A DNA stretch of 62,873 nt, filler included, from Craspedostauros australis (taxonomy: Eukaryota), in NCBI GenBank assembly GCA_030167865.1. It is 7 parts of 7 records of this genome, joined end to end, with 100 filler letters (N's around TTAATTAATTAA, not from the genome) between each part and the next. Parts side by side here need not be neighbours in the genome. Positions count along the whole stretch, not along the records: positions 1 to 30,167 come from JALAGF010004457.1; 6 more parts are not named here. One strand, given 5' to 3'. The notes under the pieces are model-generated. The model searched no databases. It was not told the origin of the DNA and saw only the letters and a list, made by a program, of their open reading frames with translations. The position numbers and the translations under genes are program-made. The number at the start of each line of letters is the position of its first letter. Positions within the stretch are counted from its first letter, which is position 1. Below are positions 12,308 through 24,614 of this stretch, one piece after another.

Positions 12308-13039
12308 GGTACGGTTGAGTGAACTCGCAGAAGCACACGCATGTAAAACCAGAGACAAGTGCATTTTACCTCATTCACCAATACATGAGTACTCTGTGCT
12401 CTATCGGAGCGCTTTCTCTCTCACCACTCAATTCTATGGCGTCTCCTATGCCGCGTGTGTTTGGGTTGAAATGCAAATTGAATGGCACGGAATGCGGTCT
12501 TCTTCGAGGCATGGATGCCATTGCACCCCCAGATTCAGAACGCTTTGATCATGTTTGCAGACGTGAAGATGCCGTCACAGAACTCGAACGTATCAGAATC
12601 CCTGCTGGCGCAGGTTCTTGCAACGCCACACAACAGCGAACACTTCCATAATGAAAGCCACGAAGAAAAGGACTCGGAGGGCATGTGCGAGTAGTAGTCA
12701 TACTGTTGCAGCAGCATGCTCGTCCTACAGTTCTTGCCAATTCCAATCAATGAAGAATACTATTGATTACTCGTATTCGTGAGCATGGACAATTCTACAA
12801 AGGACTCAAATGCCGACCAAGGTTGCCGGCCCTATTGCTGCGTGTGGACGGGTGCTTCTACTTGTGCGATGCCGAGTAGAGGAGGACGCTCTGCCATATC
12901 ATATCTGTTATTGTACGCGCGATGGCGATGGTATGCTCCTGCAACTGATGCATACAAGTAGTCTGCGCAATTGCTCCGCACCGACAAACGGGCCCCCAGC
13001 ACTTCCAAATGAGTATCGCAAAGAAGGATCGTTGCTTGC

Positions 13040-14014
13040 CTAATGCCGTGGAACTCGGAATGGGTTAATGCGAGCAAAGATGGTCTGGCCGCGAACAAAG
13101 TGTCCCACCGATGCTGCAACGTGAAGTGGCACGATGAACTTTCCGTAGGTACCAAGGGTTTTGTGAATCTTGAAGCTCTGCGTGTTGAGAACGGTGAGGC
13201 ATTGCAGTGCGTAGCATTGCGTGGCACGAGTATTTAATGTGTGGAATGATGTGTGCCATTCGACCACGGATCATTGCGCACGATGGATAGATAGATGGAT
13301 GGATAGACGCATGCATGCATTCGTGCATTAATCAATACGGCGATGGGGACGAAGAAAATGAAGGAACGATGAAAGGAGCATGTTAGGTCAATTTGTTTTT
13401 GTGCGGGCAACATGTCAAGCGAGGAGGACGAGGATTTCTGCGCAAGGACGCTCGTTCTGCGCATCAAGAGGGATAGATTCGCTGCGATCCTTTTATGCCA
13501 AAGACTCCGCTCCATAATGTCGGGAGTATCTGGCAAGGCACAGAGGGATAACAGGAATACGATGCAAGCAACGAAGACGACGTACCTGCCCGGCGATAGC
13601 GCCTGTGCTCTTCTTGTTTTCTGGTGTCTTCGTGACTCCTGGGAGCGTGGTGTAGAAGAATGGCAGTCCCTTGCCTCCGTAGTATCCCATGAGGATGCCG
13701 GAGACCGGCATGACGGTCATGAATCCGTACAGGGCGTAGTGGCCGAGGCGGCCGAGCGTATCCTCAATACTGTGGGTGCCCGCGATCTTTTCCACGTTGT
13801 ACGCCTGGCGATTCAGCAAGCGGTATCCCAGACGAGGAGCCACCAACATGCCGGTCAGCAGTCCCAGCGACTTGTGCAAGTGCATCAATCTACCCTTGTC
13901 TTCCTTCGGTGCCGCCTGAGCCTGGAGCACACTGCCGACGCATCCCATCATGGGAAACGCAACCGCCCAGTGGAAGTAGGTTGCGACGACTCCGTATGCT
14001 GCCTGTGCGCTCAT
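13040..14014 (-). CDS. Bacterial-type cytochrome b561 (CybB/YceJ family); exons 14014-13586 and 13177-13040
   Basis: FHW, HLHKSLGLL...PRL, GHYALY...MPVSG in exon 1 and IHK...LHVAASVGH in exon 2 supply the heme-ligand histidines. CAG|GTACGT donor and CAG acceptor join in phase 0. Confidence 0.88.
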
Positions 14015-14840
14015 CTTTGCTGTCTTATTGTTGTGTTGTCTTGCTTTATTTTGGTGTTTGTGCGTTTGCTATGATAGTCGTTGTCGTCGTCGTCGTCGTT
14101 GCCGATGCTGCACTGTCAACGTGATGTTGTGCGTCTGTGGACAGATTTACGACTATGTTTGTTCTGCTTCGATCCCTGGTTTGCGGATACACTCTTCCCC
14201 TCTTGTGTGGCGGTCTCCCATCCGTCACTCCCCGCAGTATTTCTTCCCCCACCTCTTCGAGACAGTTCTTCGCTGAGAGGAGACGCAGCCCAAGGAGGTT
14301 CTTTGCGAAGAGAGGTCCAAGCAGGCTCTGGTCGTGTGTTACGGAAGCCGTATCTTCCGCTCGAGCACATCGACTGCAACAGAACATCAAGAGAACGGCG
14401 AAGTTTTCTGTCCCCAACCACAAGAAGAGGCGGAGTTGAAACAATCCTGATATTTTGGTCGATCGAGTCGAAGTACACAGTTCCGACTACTCGTGATTTG
14501 GCGGCGGACTTCATTCGTGAATGGAAAGGGACCCGGATCAAACAATGAACAAAACACGAGACTCTTTGTGGTCGTAAGCCCAACACGAGGGAAAGGAAAT
14601 GGATTGGTGCGCATGCGAGGAGAGTCGCAACCTCTCCTCCTGGAGCGCACAGTTCAGAAAAGTAGACGTACGTGTACTCCACGCTGCTGTAAAATGTAAC
14701 ATGCATTTTGCTATCGCTACAGTGTGGACGGATGGTGCGCTGGTCCAGCATTATTTCCGAATCTTCGTCAATGGTCGCGTGAAGGCTCCAAGACCAAGGG
14801 TCCACAATCTACCTCGCTGACTACGTGGGTTGCTGCTGAT

Positions 14841-14888
14841 ACTGATATTGACGCCGCTGAGACTGATATTGACGCCGCTGAGACTGAT
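14841..14888. repeat. 21-bp tandem repeat ACTGATATTGACGCCGCTGAG, about 2.3 copies
   Basis: Seen directly. Confidence 0.85.
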
Positions 14889-15054
14889 GAGGACGATCTT
14901 CCGGTTTGAGACTAGCTGGAGAACCTTGCCTTGGCAATCCTGGCCATTGTCCCTTCGATGCATTCCTTTATGTCACTAGCACCATGCCGCCATACACATT
15001 CGCAGCCGTGCTCATGCCGGTTCAGCTGCGTGACGTTGCAAACCCGCTTGCGGC

Positions 15055-15435
15055 TTACAGCGACCGCAGACCCTTGCACAGGAGGACCAACCATCCAACG
15101 ATCATCATGATGATGCCCATCGGGCAGGTGACGAAGAACACCCAGACCCATCCCCCGCATCCACCCACCGATCCGTCATCATCCCAAAGCGGTTCGTGAG
15201 AAACTCCCTCGCAGAGCTTGCCCATCGCGATTGGAAAGATGATGAGGACGACGGATGCCAGCGTCACCCAGAAGTATTTTCGTCTCATGCGGGACACGGC
15301 CTCTCTTCTGCTTGCCATCGCCACCATGCTCTCGTCTCCTGTCAGCGTGAGATCTTCTGCATCCTGCTGCAGTTCCACGACGATCTCTCCGCCCTCATGG
15401 TCTCCGGTCGGAAGTTCGGCGTAGTTGGAATCCAT
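15055..15435 (-). CDS. Small two-TM membrane protein of unknown function (possible intron 15058-14912 extending it to 14821)
   Basis: Acidic N-terminus, RRK followed by two hydrophobic segments. The stop overlaps a GTAAGC donor-like site. Confidence 0.5.
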   Translation of the reverse strand: MDSNYAELPTGDHEGGEIVVELQQDAEDLTLTGDESMVAMASRREAVSRMRRKYFWVTLASVVLIIFPIAMGKLCEGVSHEPLWDDDGSVGGCGGWVWVFFVTCPMGIIMMIVGWLVLLCKGLRSL

Positions 15436-16522
15436 CGTTGCTCTTCAATCAAGCTCTTTCCTGTGGTCGTCGTCGTCGTTGTTATTGTCGTTGCCTTTGT
15501 TGCGCACGAGTGGATGCGTCCACTTGAATAGATGTTGTCGTCGGTTCGGCGCAGTCCGAATGAAATGGATTCTGATTTGTTTGCTGCGGTTGTGTTGTGT
15601 TCTGTTGTCTTCGTGGTCGTGGTCCTTCTCCTTGTCTTTGTTGTTGGCGTACGAATACGACTAACACGCTATTTGCACATGAAAGGGACACGCTCGGATG
15701 GTGCTGTATCGAGCTGGTGCATGCGGTGCTCTGAATTATGCTGCGAATACAACCAAGACAAAGCAAAGTCGCAGAGTACGAGCTATGGTATGTTCTTTCA
15801 CTTCCAACATGGGCCGCAGCCTTCCTCTCCCTCTTTGTTTCTCCCCTGGGCTCTCTGGCTTCGCCGTCAACGGCAACAGGCAGCTCCCTGTTCCCACCAC
15901 AAAACGAAGCGGCGCAACACGGTTCAATCCATCACGACGAACGAGAAGGAAGTCGCGAAATGAGAACGATGGGAAAATATTCGATCAAACGAGTCAACCA
16001 CGACCAAGCCAAACACCTTCGACCTTCGCAAGTACACGGGCATACGGACAGACCGCGCAAAGAACAAAAAGCGCAGAAATCTGGTGGTTGGGGATTGGCG
16101 CCAAAACACCCATCAAGCCATCAAATCAACAACAAATGACAGCGAGAGAGTGACCAAGGGGAGGACCGTGACGAGAACAGTAGGCAGACCAACTCCGTTT
16201 TCCTTTCGAGAAGGCATCATCAGCACTCATCGGAACGTTGCTCTTGTTCTGTCGAATGCAGATTGAAAAGGGCAAGGCACCGCACAAGGCATCCGGTCAC
16301 ATCGACAAACCATACATCTGCACGAACGTCGCCCATCGCGCAGATCGGCAGAGAGACAACACACCTCTAATACCGACTCTGCGACTATTGCCTCCTCATC
16401 CTCGCAGTGCCATTCATCCAAACGGTCGAGCAAGGAGGATCGCAGGATAAAAAAGACAGCCACATCAATCAATAGCTGCTGCTGAATCGACAAGTTCAAA
16501 TTCGTCCAGCCAAATCGCAGCC

Positions 16523-17872
16523 ATGTGGATACGGCCACTCAACGGCGAGCTCTCTCACGCAAACACCGATGGGTGCAATGTCAAGGCCCTCGTTACGAGC
16601 ATGCTTGGCATGATCATCGTCATGACCCTGGGGATGGCAGGCAATTCCGATGCATTCGTCCCGAATCCGTCCTTCACAAGCAGAAGCTATCGTCCGGGAA
16701 CCCAATGCGGCGTGAGGATCCAGCAACAGGCATCAAGGGAGCGCACCAAGTTCAACCTCGATGATGATCTTCCCGAGTCAACGTACACGCCGCTGATGCA
16801 GGCCGATTGCTCACAGGTGGCAACCGAAGTCCGCAAGGTGTACGATGCATTGTTCAATGACCCTCGCGAGCCGAATGGCAGGCGCTTCATCTTCGACCCT
16901 TGGTACGTCACCTGCGGAGATCAGGGCACGAAGAAGAAGGTGTACGAAATCAACGCAGGCACCAAGTCGAACGGGGCAGCAACCGCGGAAGGTTCCACGG
17001 AAGACTCCGCATCTGCCGCTGAGAAGCAGGTGCAGTACTCGCTGAAGCGAGCGCAGCTGTCTCAGTTGCTTGACAACGACGCTCTCTACTCCGCCTTGGT
17101 GAACAAGCTCACCGAGTTGGGAATGAGCGTCGGATGCACCTGCATCACGCCGCCCTGGATATCGCTCTACGTCGATGGAGATCGGCAGAACTTTCATTCC
17201 GACGCCGCGAACGGTCCGTTGGCATACGTCCTGTCAATCACGAGCAATGATGACTACGGCCTCCACTTCCAAGGAGGCGAGACGATGATGGTGCAGCCGA
17301 AGATCCTGGACTACTGGAGAGACTACGACGAGTCCGTCGGGCTCGAGACGCCATCGATCCTGGAATTCCACCCGCCGATCTTCGGCCGATGCATCGCATT
17401 CGACCCACGCGTCCCTCATGGCGTCACGGAGGTCAGAGGAACGCGAGATCCTCGCCATGGACGCGTGGTGATCCATGGCTGGTTCTCCGAGCCCGAGACC
17501 GTCTTCATCGGTGACATGTTCGACACCAACGAGTCCCTGAAGCTGGACACCTTGCGGCAGCTCGACAGCTTGATGGAGCCTCTCATCGATTCGTTGGGCG
17601 GAGGTGACATTGGCCGGGTCATGGGGTACCTGGCCGTGAAGGTGGAGATCGGGAGCCAAGGTCGCGTTGAAAGCTTGACGAGCGTGTGCGACACCCTCAT
17701 TGCCGATCCTGAGGATTCTCGCGGAGTCATCGGGGAGGACATGGAGGGCCGCGAAGTCATCGAAGACCCCGTCAGCGACGTCAAGCTCACAGTCAACGAG
17801 AACCTGAAGCTCCTACAGGTCCCCGAGCAGGCCGCAGGCGGAATCATCATCGTCCCATTCATGTTTTCGTAG
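16523..17872 (+). CDS. 2OG-Fe(II) oxygenase (prolyl-hydroxylase-like), probably plastid-targeted
   Basis: HxD (NFHSD) ... FQGGET ... PHGVTEV ... R..V.HGW motifs. A hydrophobic signal is followed by SDA-FVP, like the diatom ASAFAP motif. The true start may be a downstream Met (about 16601). Confidence 0.8.
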   Translation: MWIRPLNGELSHANTDGCNVKALVTSMLGMIIVMTLGMAGNSDAFVPNPSFTSRSYRPGTQCGVRIQQQASRERTKFNLDDDLPESTYTPLMQADCSQVATEVRKVYDALFNDPREPNGRRFIFDPWYVTCGDQGTKKKVYEINAGTKSNGAATAEGSTEDSASAAEKQVQYSLKRAQLSQLLDNDALYSALVNKLTELGMSVGCTCITPPWISLYVDGDRQNFHSDAANGPLAYVLSITSNDDYGLHFQGGETMMVQPKILDYWRDYDESVGLETPSILEFHPPIFGRCIAFDPRVPHGVTEVRGTRDPRHGRVVIHGWFSEPETVFIGDMFDTNESLKLDTLRQLDSLMEPLIDSLGGGDIGRVMGYLAVKVEIGSQGRVESLTSVCDTLIADPEDSRGVIGEDMEGREVIEDPVSDVKLTVNENLKLLQVPEQAAGGIIIVPFMFS

Positions 17873-18745
17873 ATCGTCCGGATCATCCTCAACTTTTCCA
17901 CTCGACTCTACTCGTGCACGAGCTTGCTCCTTTCTTTGTCCTCGCGTCCCAGAAGAACCTTCGTCGCGCAAGCCCCGTTCTTCTCAAGCAATGTCGATTT
18001 GTCGAAGTCCATCACGCTATTGCAGTATGTACTACTCCACTGAAGCTTGCATGGTAGGAGCGTGTGGGCGCGGACATGGCACGGAATATCGTAACAGAGC
18101 GCATGAAAGCAACAAGCAACACACGAGAAGGCACCGCACAGAATTGAAGTCGTGAATAGCACGCAATAAGAAACGCTCGAGCGAGTCGATGAAGACCTTG
18201 AAATGGACAGTCTAACCGTAGATCTGCGATTTCCAAAATAATCACATATTCATAATCCTCGAAGTCTCTTCATGTATGGTGGGCCCTTTCAGCCCATATT
18301 ATATAATAGAAAAGTTTGGTTCTTTTTTAAGGTTTATGGGCCGATCAATGTGTTCATTCTGGTCACGTGGGTCCAACAGCGCAACATTCCTTGTTGTTTG
18401 CCGAAGGGACCATGTTGTTCTGACAAAGAGCGATACCGTGTCCTCCCATAAATCCGTCACCAGCACAAGCACACGCACTCCTGGACAGATACCGACAAAG
18501 ACAACAACACACACACCACTCAACACCATACTCGAGCACATCAACAACAGACATCGAATTGCCACGCATACTCAGCACACAGTGCATGGCACTCATACTA
18601 TTACAAGCTATTGAAGACACACCATCGATATCTCTGCCATAAGTAGCTCAGACTACACACTTCCTCGACAGCCAATCCAACGCCAATCGTCCAACGTCCA
18701 ACGTCCAACGTCAATCGTCCAGCAACCATCGACCATACTCTCAAA

Positions 18746-19765
18746 ATGCCGAGTGTTACGAACAAACAACTCCTTGATGCTGCCAAGGCAGGTGACTTGT
18801 CAGTGTTGAAGGAGTGGAAGAAGCAGAACAAGAAGACACAAGTTGATGTCAACAAGGTTACAAACTACGATGGTTGGACTCCCCTTCATTGGGCGTGCTA
18901 CTGCGGCCACCTGGAGTGTGCGGAGTACCTCATCGAATCATGTGGGGCGAACATCAACCGCAGCGCCAACAATGGTTGGACTCCCCTTCATTTGGCATGC
19001 ATGCGTGGCCACCTGGAGTGTGTTGCGTACCTCGTTGCATCAGCCAATGCCAATGTCAACATCCAAGACAAAAAAGGTGACACTCCCCTTCATTATACAT
19101 GCTCGTACGACCAGCTGGAGTGCGCGAAGTACCTCATCGAATCATGTGGGGCAAACATCAACTGCAAAAACAAAAAAGATGAAACTCCCCTTCATCGGGC
19201 ATGCATGGACGGAAGGCTGGAGTGTGCGGAGTACCTCATCGAATCATGTGGGGCGGACGTCAACTACAGAGACAACAAAGGTACTACTCCCCTTCATCGG
19301 GCATGCTCCAATGGCCAGCTGAAGTGTGTGAAGTACCTCATCAAATCTTGTGGAGCGAACATCAACTGCAGAGACAACAAAGGTTCTACTCCCCTTCATC
19401 ACGCATGCATGAACGGAAGGCTGGACGGTATCGCGTACCTCATCGAATCAGCCAATGCTGATTCCGACATTCAAAACAACGACAACAATACACCCCTCGA
19501 TTTGATCGATGCACAACTTCGAATCATAATAAAACGTCTCGATCATTTGAGTCGCTGCAACTCACAACTGCGGCAGCAGTTGAAAGAGAACAAGCAGGAG
19601 AACGAACAACTGAAGCAGCAGTTGGAACAGGAGGAGGAAGAGAAGAAACAGAAGGAACAAGAGAATGAACAATCACAAGAACAGTTGGGACAGCAGTTGA
19701 AGCGAAAGAGGCAAGAGAATGAACACAAACACAGCAGCAACAAGAGGACCAACATCAACATTTGA
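18746..19765 (+). CDS. Ankyrin-repeat protein A (six 34-aa repeats + Q/E coiled coil)
   Basis: Six TPLH repeats at exact 102-nt spacing (18878-19388), then an E/Q/K-rich tail. Confidence 0.9.
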   Translation: MPSVTNKQLLDAAKAGDLSVLKEWKKQNKKTQVDVNKVTNYDGWTPLHWACYCGHLECAEYLIESCGANINRSANNGWTPLHLACMRGHLECVAYLVASANANVNIQDKKGDTPLHYTCSYDQLECAKYLIESCGANINCKNKKDETPLHRACMDGRLECAEYLIESCGADVNYRDNKGTTPLHRACSNGQLKCVKYLIKSCGANINCRDNKGSTPLHHACMNGRLDGIAYLIESANADSDIQNNDNNTPLDLIDAQLRIIIKRLDHLSRCNSQLRQQLKENKQENEQLKQQLEQEEEEKKQKEQENEQSQEQLGQQLKRKRQENEHKHSSNKRTNINI

Positions 19766-20607
19766 GAAGATCGGCCATATCCTTCCAAACCGACGACAGG
19801 ACAGACACCATCTTCTTGTGTGAACATGGCGACCAACAACAACCAATCAAGGCAAGCTCTGAAGTTCTCATCATCACACTCCCATCCATTGAGACACTGA
19901 TCGACAAAGGAACCCAACTTCACCACGCGAATGATGACGCCCACGATGGAACTGAGCCCATGCAAGTAACCGTCTCTCTCCCCAACCTTCAACCAAAACA
20001 CATCCGATACGTCCTCCAATGCATCTACACAGGCTAGATATCCTTTCATGACAGCGTTCGTGACAACGCTGCTGCTCACACCGGCACTCATATCGGCGCT
20101 CACACCAGCGCTCACCACGATGTAGATGCCTCTCACCAGCCAACTCCCATCCTCACTGGGCAGGACGATCTGCAACAGCTGATCCTTGTGGCCAACGAGT
20201 TCGGCTTCTGGCGACTCAAGCTTGTTCTGGAAATGGAGTTGGCCCACAAGCATCTCACAGAGGACACCACGATAGATGCGTTGATATTCGCCGATCAACA
20301 CAACTGTGTGGTGTCGAAGGATACAGCAATGAGAGTGGCAGCTGAAAGTGAGAAAGATATGTTCACTCATCTAGATTTAAGCAAACTGATTCTACAACCT
20401 CAACTGATGGGAGGTATTCATGTCCTCCGCAGTGGGGGAGCGGAGAGTGGGGGTATCGATGATGAGTACAGTCGTATGTCCATAATGGAGCTATACAAGG
20501 TTGTCGATGAGGACAAGGGTACAGCACAAGTGGATTCGTACATGGATCGGGCAACATTGGTGGACTTCGTCCGCTCAATGAGAACCAGCTCTATGAGAGC
20601 CAATTGA
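19766..20607 (+). pseudogene. Disconnected BTB/POZ(-BACK-like) tail of ankyrin gene A
   Basis: TDTIFLC...IKASSEVL...LPNLQPKHIRYVLQCIYTG*...LILVANEFGFWRLKLVLE...IDALIFADQHNC. Relative to the paralog it has TGA at 19763, a 1-nt deletion near 19775 and TAG at 20035. Confidence 0.75.
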
Positions 20608-21555
20608 TCCGAAGTGATTGTGGTGGACAGCACTGCCGAGGAAGAGGAGTGAAGTGTCAGACCATGCCATACCGTACCAGAAATCTTCCACAAGTGAACG
20701 CATGACAGAATTGAGTTGATGGATAAAACTAGTCGTCAGAATAGTCATTAGGATAGTAACTATGTGAAAGGAGGTGGAGCAACTTGAGATCCAATCATTG
20801 AATGGTGCGTCCGCCATGCCTTCACCGTCGCCTTTGGTGATGTGCACAGCATGCTGCTCTATGCACTCCTGTATCGTTCGCAGCGCGGTCTGGTTGGGCC
20901 GCGAGATATGCATAATCTTCTGTGCATGAATTGCAGATGATCCCGGTTGGCGTATGGCATGCTGCTGTGCATCATCATTTGCCAATGCGACATGAAGACG
21001 ATGATTCAGCCACCGCTGTCATCGTCGTGGTCGTCATTGCCGATCATATGGTTTCCGCATTTGTTTGTTTCGTTGGTGTGGAAGGAGGTGNGTGGGAAAC
21101 GATGGCAGACCCCGCTGGCGTCATGCATGGCTTGTAGAACTCGAATCCAACGTGACGGAGCGGGATGTACTACGGCTGTCAGCTTGTTGGTGGTGGTGGT
21201 GCTGCAGTTCGTGCATGATGTCGCGCAGGGCACAAGCGCATGCCAACAGCTGCTGTATGGTTTTCGATATGGCGGACCAAGATGACGAGCCATGGGAGAA
21301 GTTGCCGATGTCATTGCACACGATTTCAGTAATGGTGGATCCAGTGAGACAGAGGCACTGTCTCATCGTTTGCGGTTTGTGGCGGAGATGCATCTCTTTG
21401 AGCATCGGTATGAACAGGCGTGGCTGGTTGTGGTGCGTGTTGTGGAAACTGAGGAACATCTCCGAACAACAGGCTCTGCAGGTCTCGGGAAAGTCGCTGC
21501 GCCCGATCTCACGGATGCACCTGTCCAACATGTGTTGAATCTCCGTTTCCGACAC
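20575..21555 (-). pseudogene. Decayed helical-protein ORF remnant convergent on the ankyrin-BTB gene
   Basis: Broken ORFs. 21455-21560 is homologous to 29180-29290 (SETEIQHMLDRCIREIGRSDF vs ETETQDLLDEFTHEIRRTDF). Confidence 0.4.
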
Positions 21556-22518
21556 CGCATCGTACGTTTACGTGCGTGCGCGCGGCTGCTGATGACTTGA
21601 ATCCAGACCGCACCACGAGCCATGGCATGTCTTGCCGTTGCTGTTGGTTCTGTTGTTGGCGCTGCCATTGCCCATGTCCCAAGCCCATCTTTACTCCGGA
21701 GCAGTTGGTGTGGTATCTTCCTTTCGGATGTCGCTGAGCGATGTGGCACGTTGGAGATCACTGTTCGTCGCCGCTTGCCATTCATCATCTGTATCAGCGT
21801 CATCGTCGTTGGCATCATCACAGTCTCTTGCCATGACCGCCTTCGTTGATTCTGGTTGGCGTGCCATATGTTGCGCAGCCGCTGCTTGCTTGATTACTTC
21901 ATTGCTTGATTTCTTCATTGCTTGACAGCCAATGTCTCAGTGTTGGCTGATACCTCCATCAATGCAAACATAGTCAAGCCATTTCATCTCTCTTGCTCTC
22001 TCTTGTTGTGTTGGTGTTGTTTGATGGATCATGGGTGCAAAATCGAAGATTCGTTGGTTTGGGTGGTGTCAAGAATTTTTGGCACGTTTGTTGAGCACTC
22101 GTCTGTCTGCCATCCGTATTTCATTCAACCAATGACGCACACAAGCACTCGCAACCAACATCACCTCTCTGTTCTCTTCATCCAGCGCAACTCTGTTCGA
22201 AGATGGTGATGGCGATGGCGACCACTCCAATGACGCCGCATCCCTTCACATTGGTACCACCACCAACACCACCACCAACAACACAAACAGTCAGACAAAC
22301 AATCAGACAAGATGATGAGTCATCGACATCCAAGAGGAACTGTGGGAAGGCTCGCCAGTTGCTCCGTACCCTTGACCCACCCGTCGTACGATTATGAGTA
22401 TTACTATGGAACCTTCCATGAGCGCGATCTACTCTGGGAGTTGTCACAGCAAAGCGTCCAGCCTGATAGATACTCTGTTCGAACCTTCGTCCAGCCCGTG
22501 CGCTCATGACAATCGAAG

Positions 22519-24614
22519 TTGCTGGAAGAGGACGGTGACAGACTGATAGCAGAGAAGAACATAGAGACCAAGCAACCTCAACAGGCCGACACGAAATCAA
22601 AGGCGAGCAAGCCCACCAGCGTTGCCAAAGAGGCCAAAGCAGCTGCAAAATCAGGTGGTCGTGCGAGTGTCAGCACAGATACACCAAGCAGGGCCAATAG
22701 AAGGACAGCCAAAGATGCGAAAGCTTCGGCTGTGAAACGATCACGTGCGAAGAGTCTGGAGATGCTCGACATGCAAGCTCACGAGATGTCATTCAGCTCC
22801 CTTGATCCCAACAAGTTCATCAACAACGAATCGATGCCGGTGCCAATCACCCCAGGTGGACTCAGCTTCGCCACAGCCCCAGCACTTGGCGCAACCCGCG
22901 AATAGAGCAGTCAAGACAAGATGATGCTTGCGCAGAGTCGGAGACGCAGGCCAAGGACACAACCGAATTCCAACGGAACGACCAGCAGCGACAAATCGAG
23001 GAGCAAGAGTTTGGAATTCTTGAAGGATGGACACAACATGCCAGGCACATCAGACACACCAGGCACATTGAGCGCAGCCAGCACCCCGGCTCTACCTCGA
23101 GTGGCGACAACGGAGACGTCACGCAGCAAGAGCCTGGAGTCACTCTCCAATCTGACCAAGTCTCCACGACGACGACGATGATGACAACGTCGACGTTGCA
23201 ACAAGTGCTGCTGCAACGAATGGTGGAAGAAGCTTGGCGGCCCCTGTCACGCCTGGCGGTTGGAGCGCGGCATCTACACCAGCCCCGTTCAGCCACATAC
23301 ATGAATAGAGACAACAGTCTTCGTCGTTGAACAAGCGCAGGTCGACGTTGGAAAGCATCCTCAAGGCCAAACGATCATCATTACGTGAAGTGTCGTTGAC
23401 CAATCCTCTCAAATCGAAGCAACGACCATCTCTCGAATCCCGACCATCGCAATTGGCCGATCTTGCCTTGACTGAAGCATCCGCAAAGGCGCCATCATCG
23501 CCATCATCATCGCCGTCGCCACCGTCATCATCATCACAGTCCAAATCCAAACTCAATCTTCAACAGTTCGAACGCAACCACGGAGGTGTCTCGGCCACAA
23601 CCCCAAGCCCCTTCCAGTCCTGGAGCCTTGAGTTTGGGAATCGAATTGCAATCGAGCAAGAAGGAATGAGGGGCTCCTTCTCACAACAGATCTGCATGCA
23701 GTTCGTTGCGCCCAAGTGAAGACTCAAAGCAACAACGTTCATGCGGAAAAAGCACGGATGCTCTGTGCGAGGCGATCAAGGAAAGGCAAGGATCTCCAAG
23801 GTGGTTGGCAATGGGCCCCGACGCCACCACTCCAGCAAAACAAGAGGCTCGTCATCACCATTGATATTACCATCGAGATCACCGTCGCCACGGCATCGGC
23901 GGAGAAGCGCACAGCACACCAGTGGCAAGCCGCACTCGACATCGTCAAGATCAAAGAGTGTGGAGCGTTCGACATCATTGCGTCATCATCGTGACGGAGC
24001 AATTCACACATCCTCCTCTGGAAGAAGCTGCCGCTCGTCATCGGCGCCGATTCGTCGAAGCCCGTCCGATCGCGGCCGTAGAAGAACTGCGCAAGTATCG
24101 ATGGACTCATCGCCATCATCACGGCGACAAGGAACATCTGGCAGTTCGGATGATATGGACGCAGCCTCGCGTTCACGCGAAACCAACTCAAATGCGCATT
24201 CCACTGGTACTGGTTTGTAACGGCGCAAGGGTTCACCTTCCAGAAAGCATGCCCAAGGAAGTTCGCGAAGACCAAATCAACGTGGCCGCAGCCAATCGAC
24301 ACCATGTGGCGAAGATCAACGCAGGAAGTTCTCCCATGAACGATCATCATCGGCGCGACAACGAAGCAGATCAAGAGGATATCGAAATTGCAGTGTCGAA
24401 CAGCACAGCAATGAGCGAGATGAAGATGGACGGCATTGCAAGGAACGTTCGTCATCACGCGGGGCCCTTCAATCAAATCGCCGTGGACGAAGCAGATCAT
24501 CGACACGCGATGCTGTCTACCATGAGAAGCTGTCCGGCACAAAGCCACTGCAACTCACACCAAAGAAAGCGGTCAGGAGCAAGAACGCGTCTCAGTACCG
24601 CGATCGCTCGATGA
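22519..24614 (+). pseudogene. Decayed S/R-rich low-complexity gene with internal RSKSLE and TPG..SAA.TPA repeats
   Basis: Consecutive ORFs are joined by in-frame TAGs (22903, 23306) and frameshifts, with repeated peptide motifs. Confidence 0.45.
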
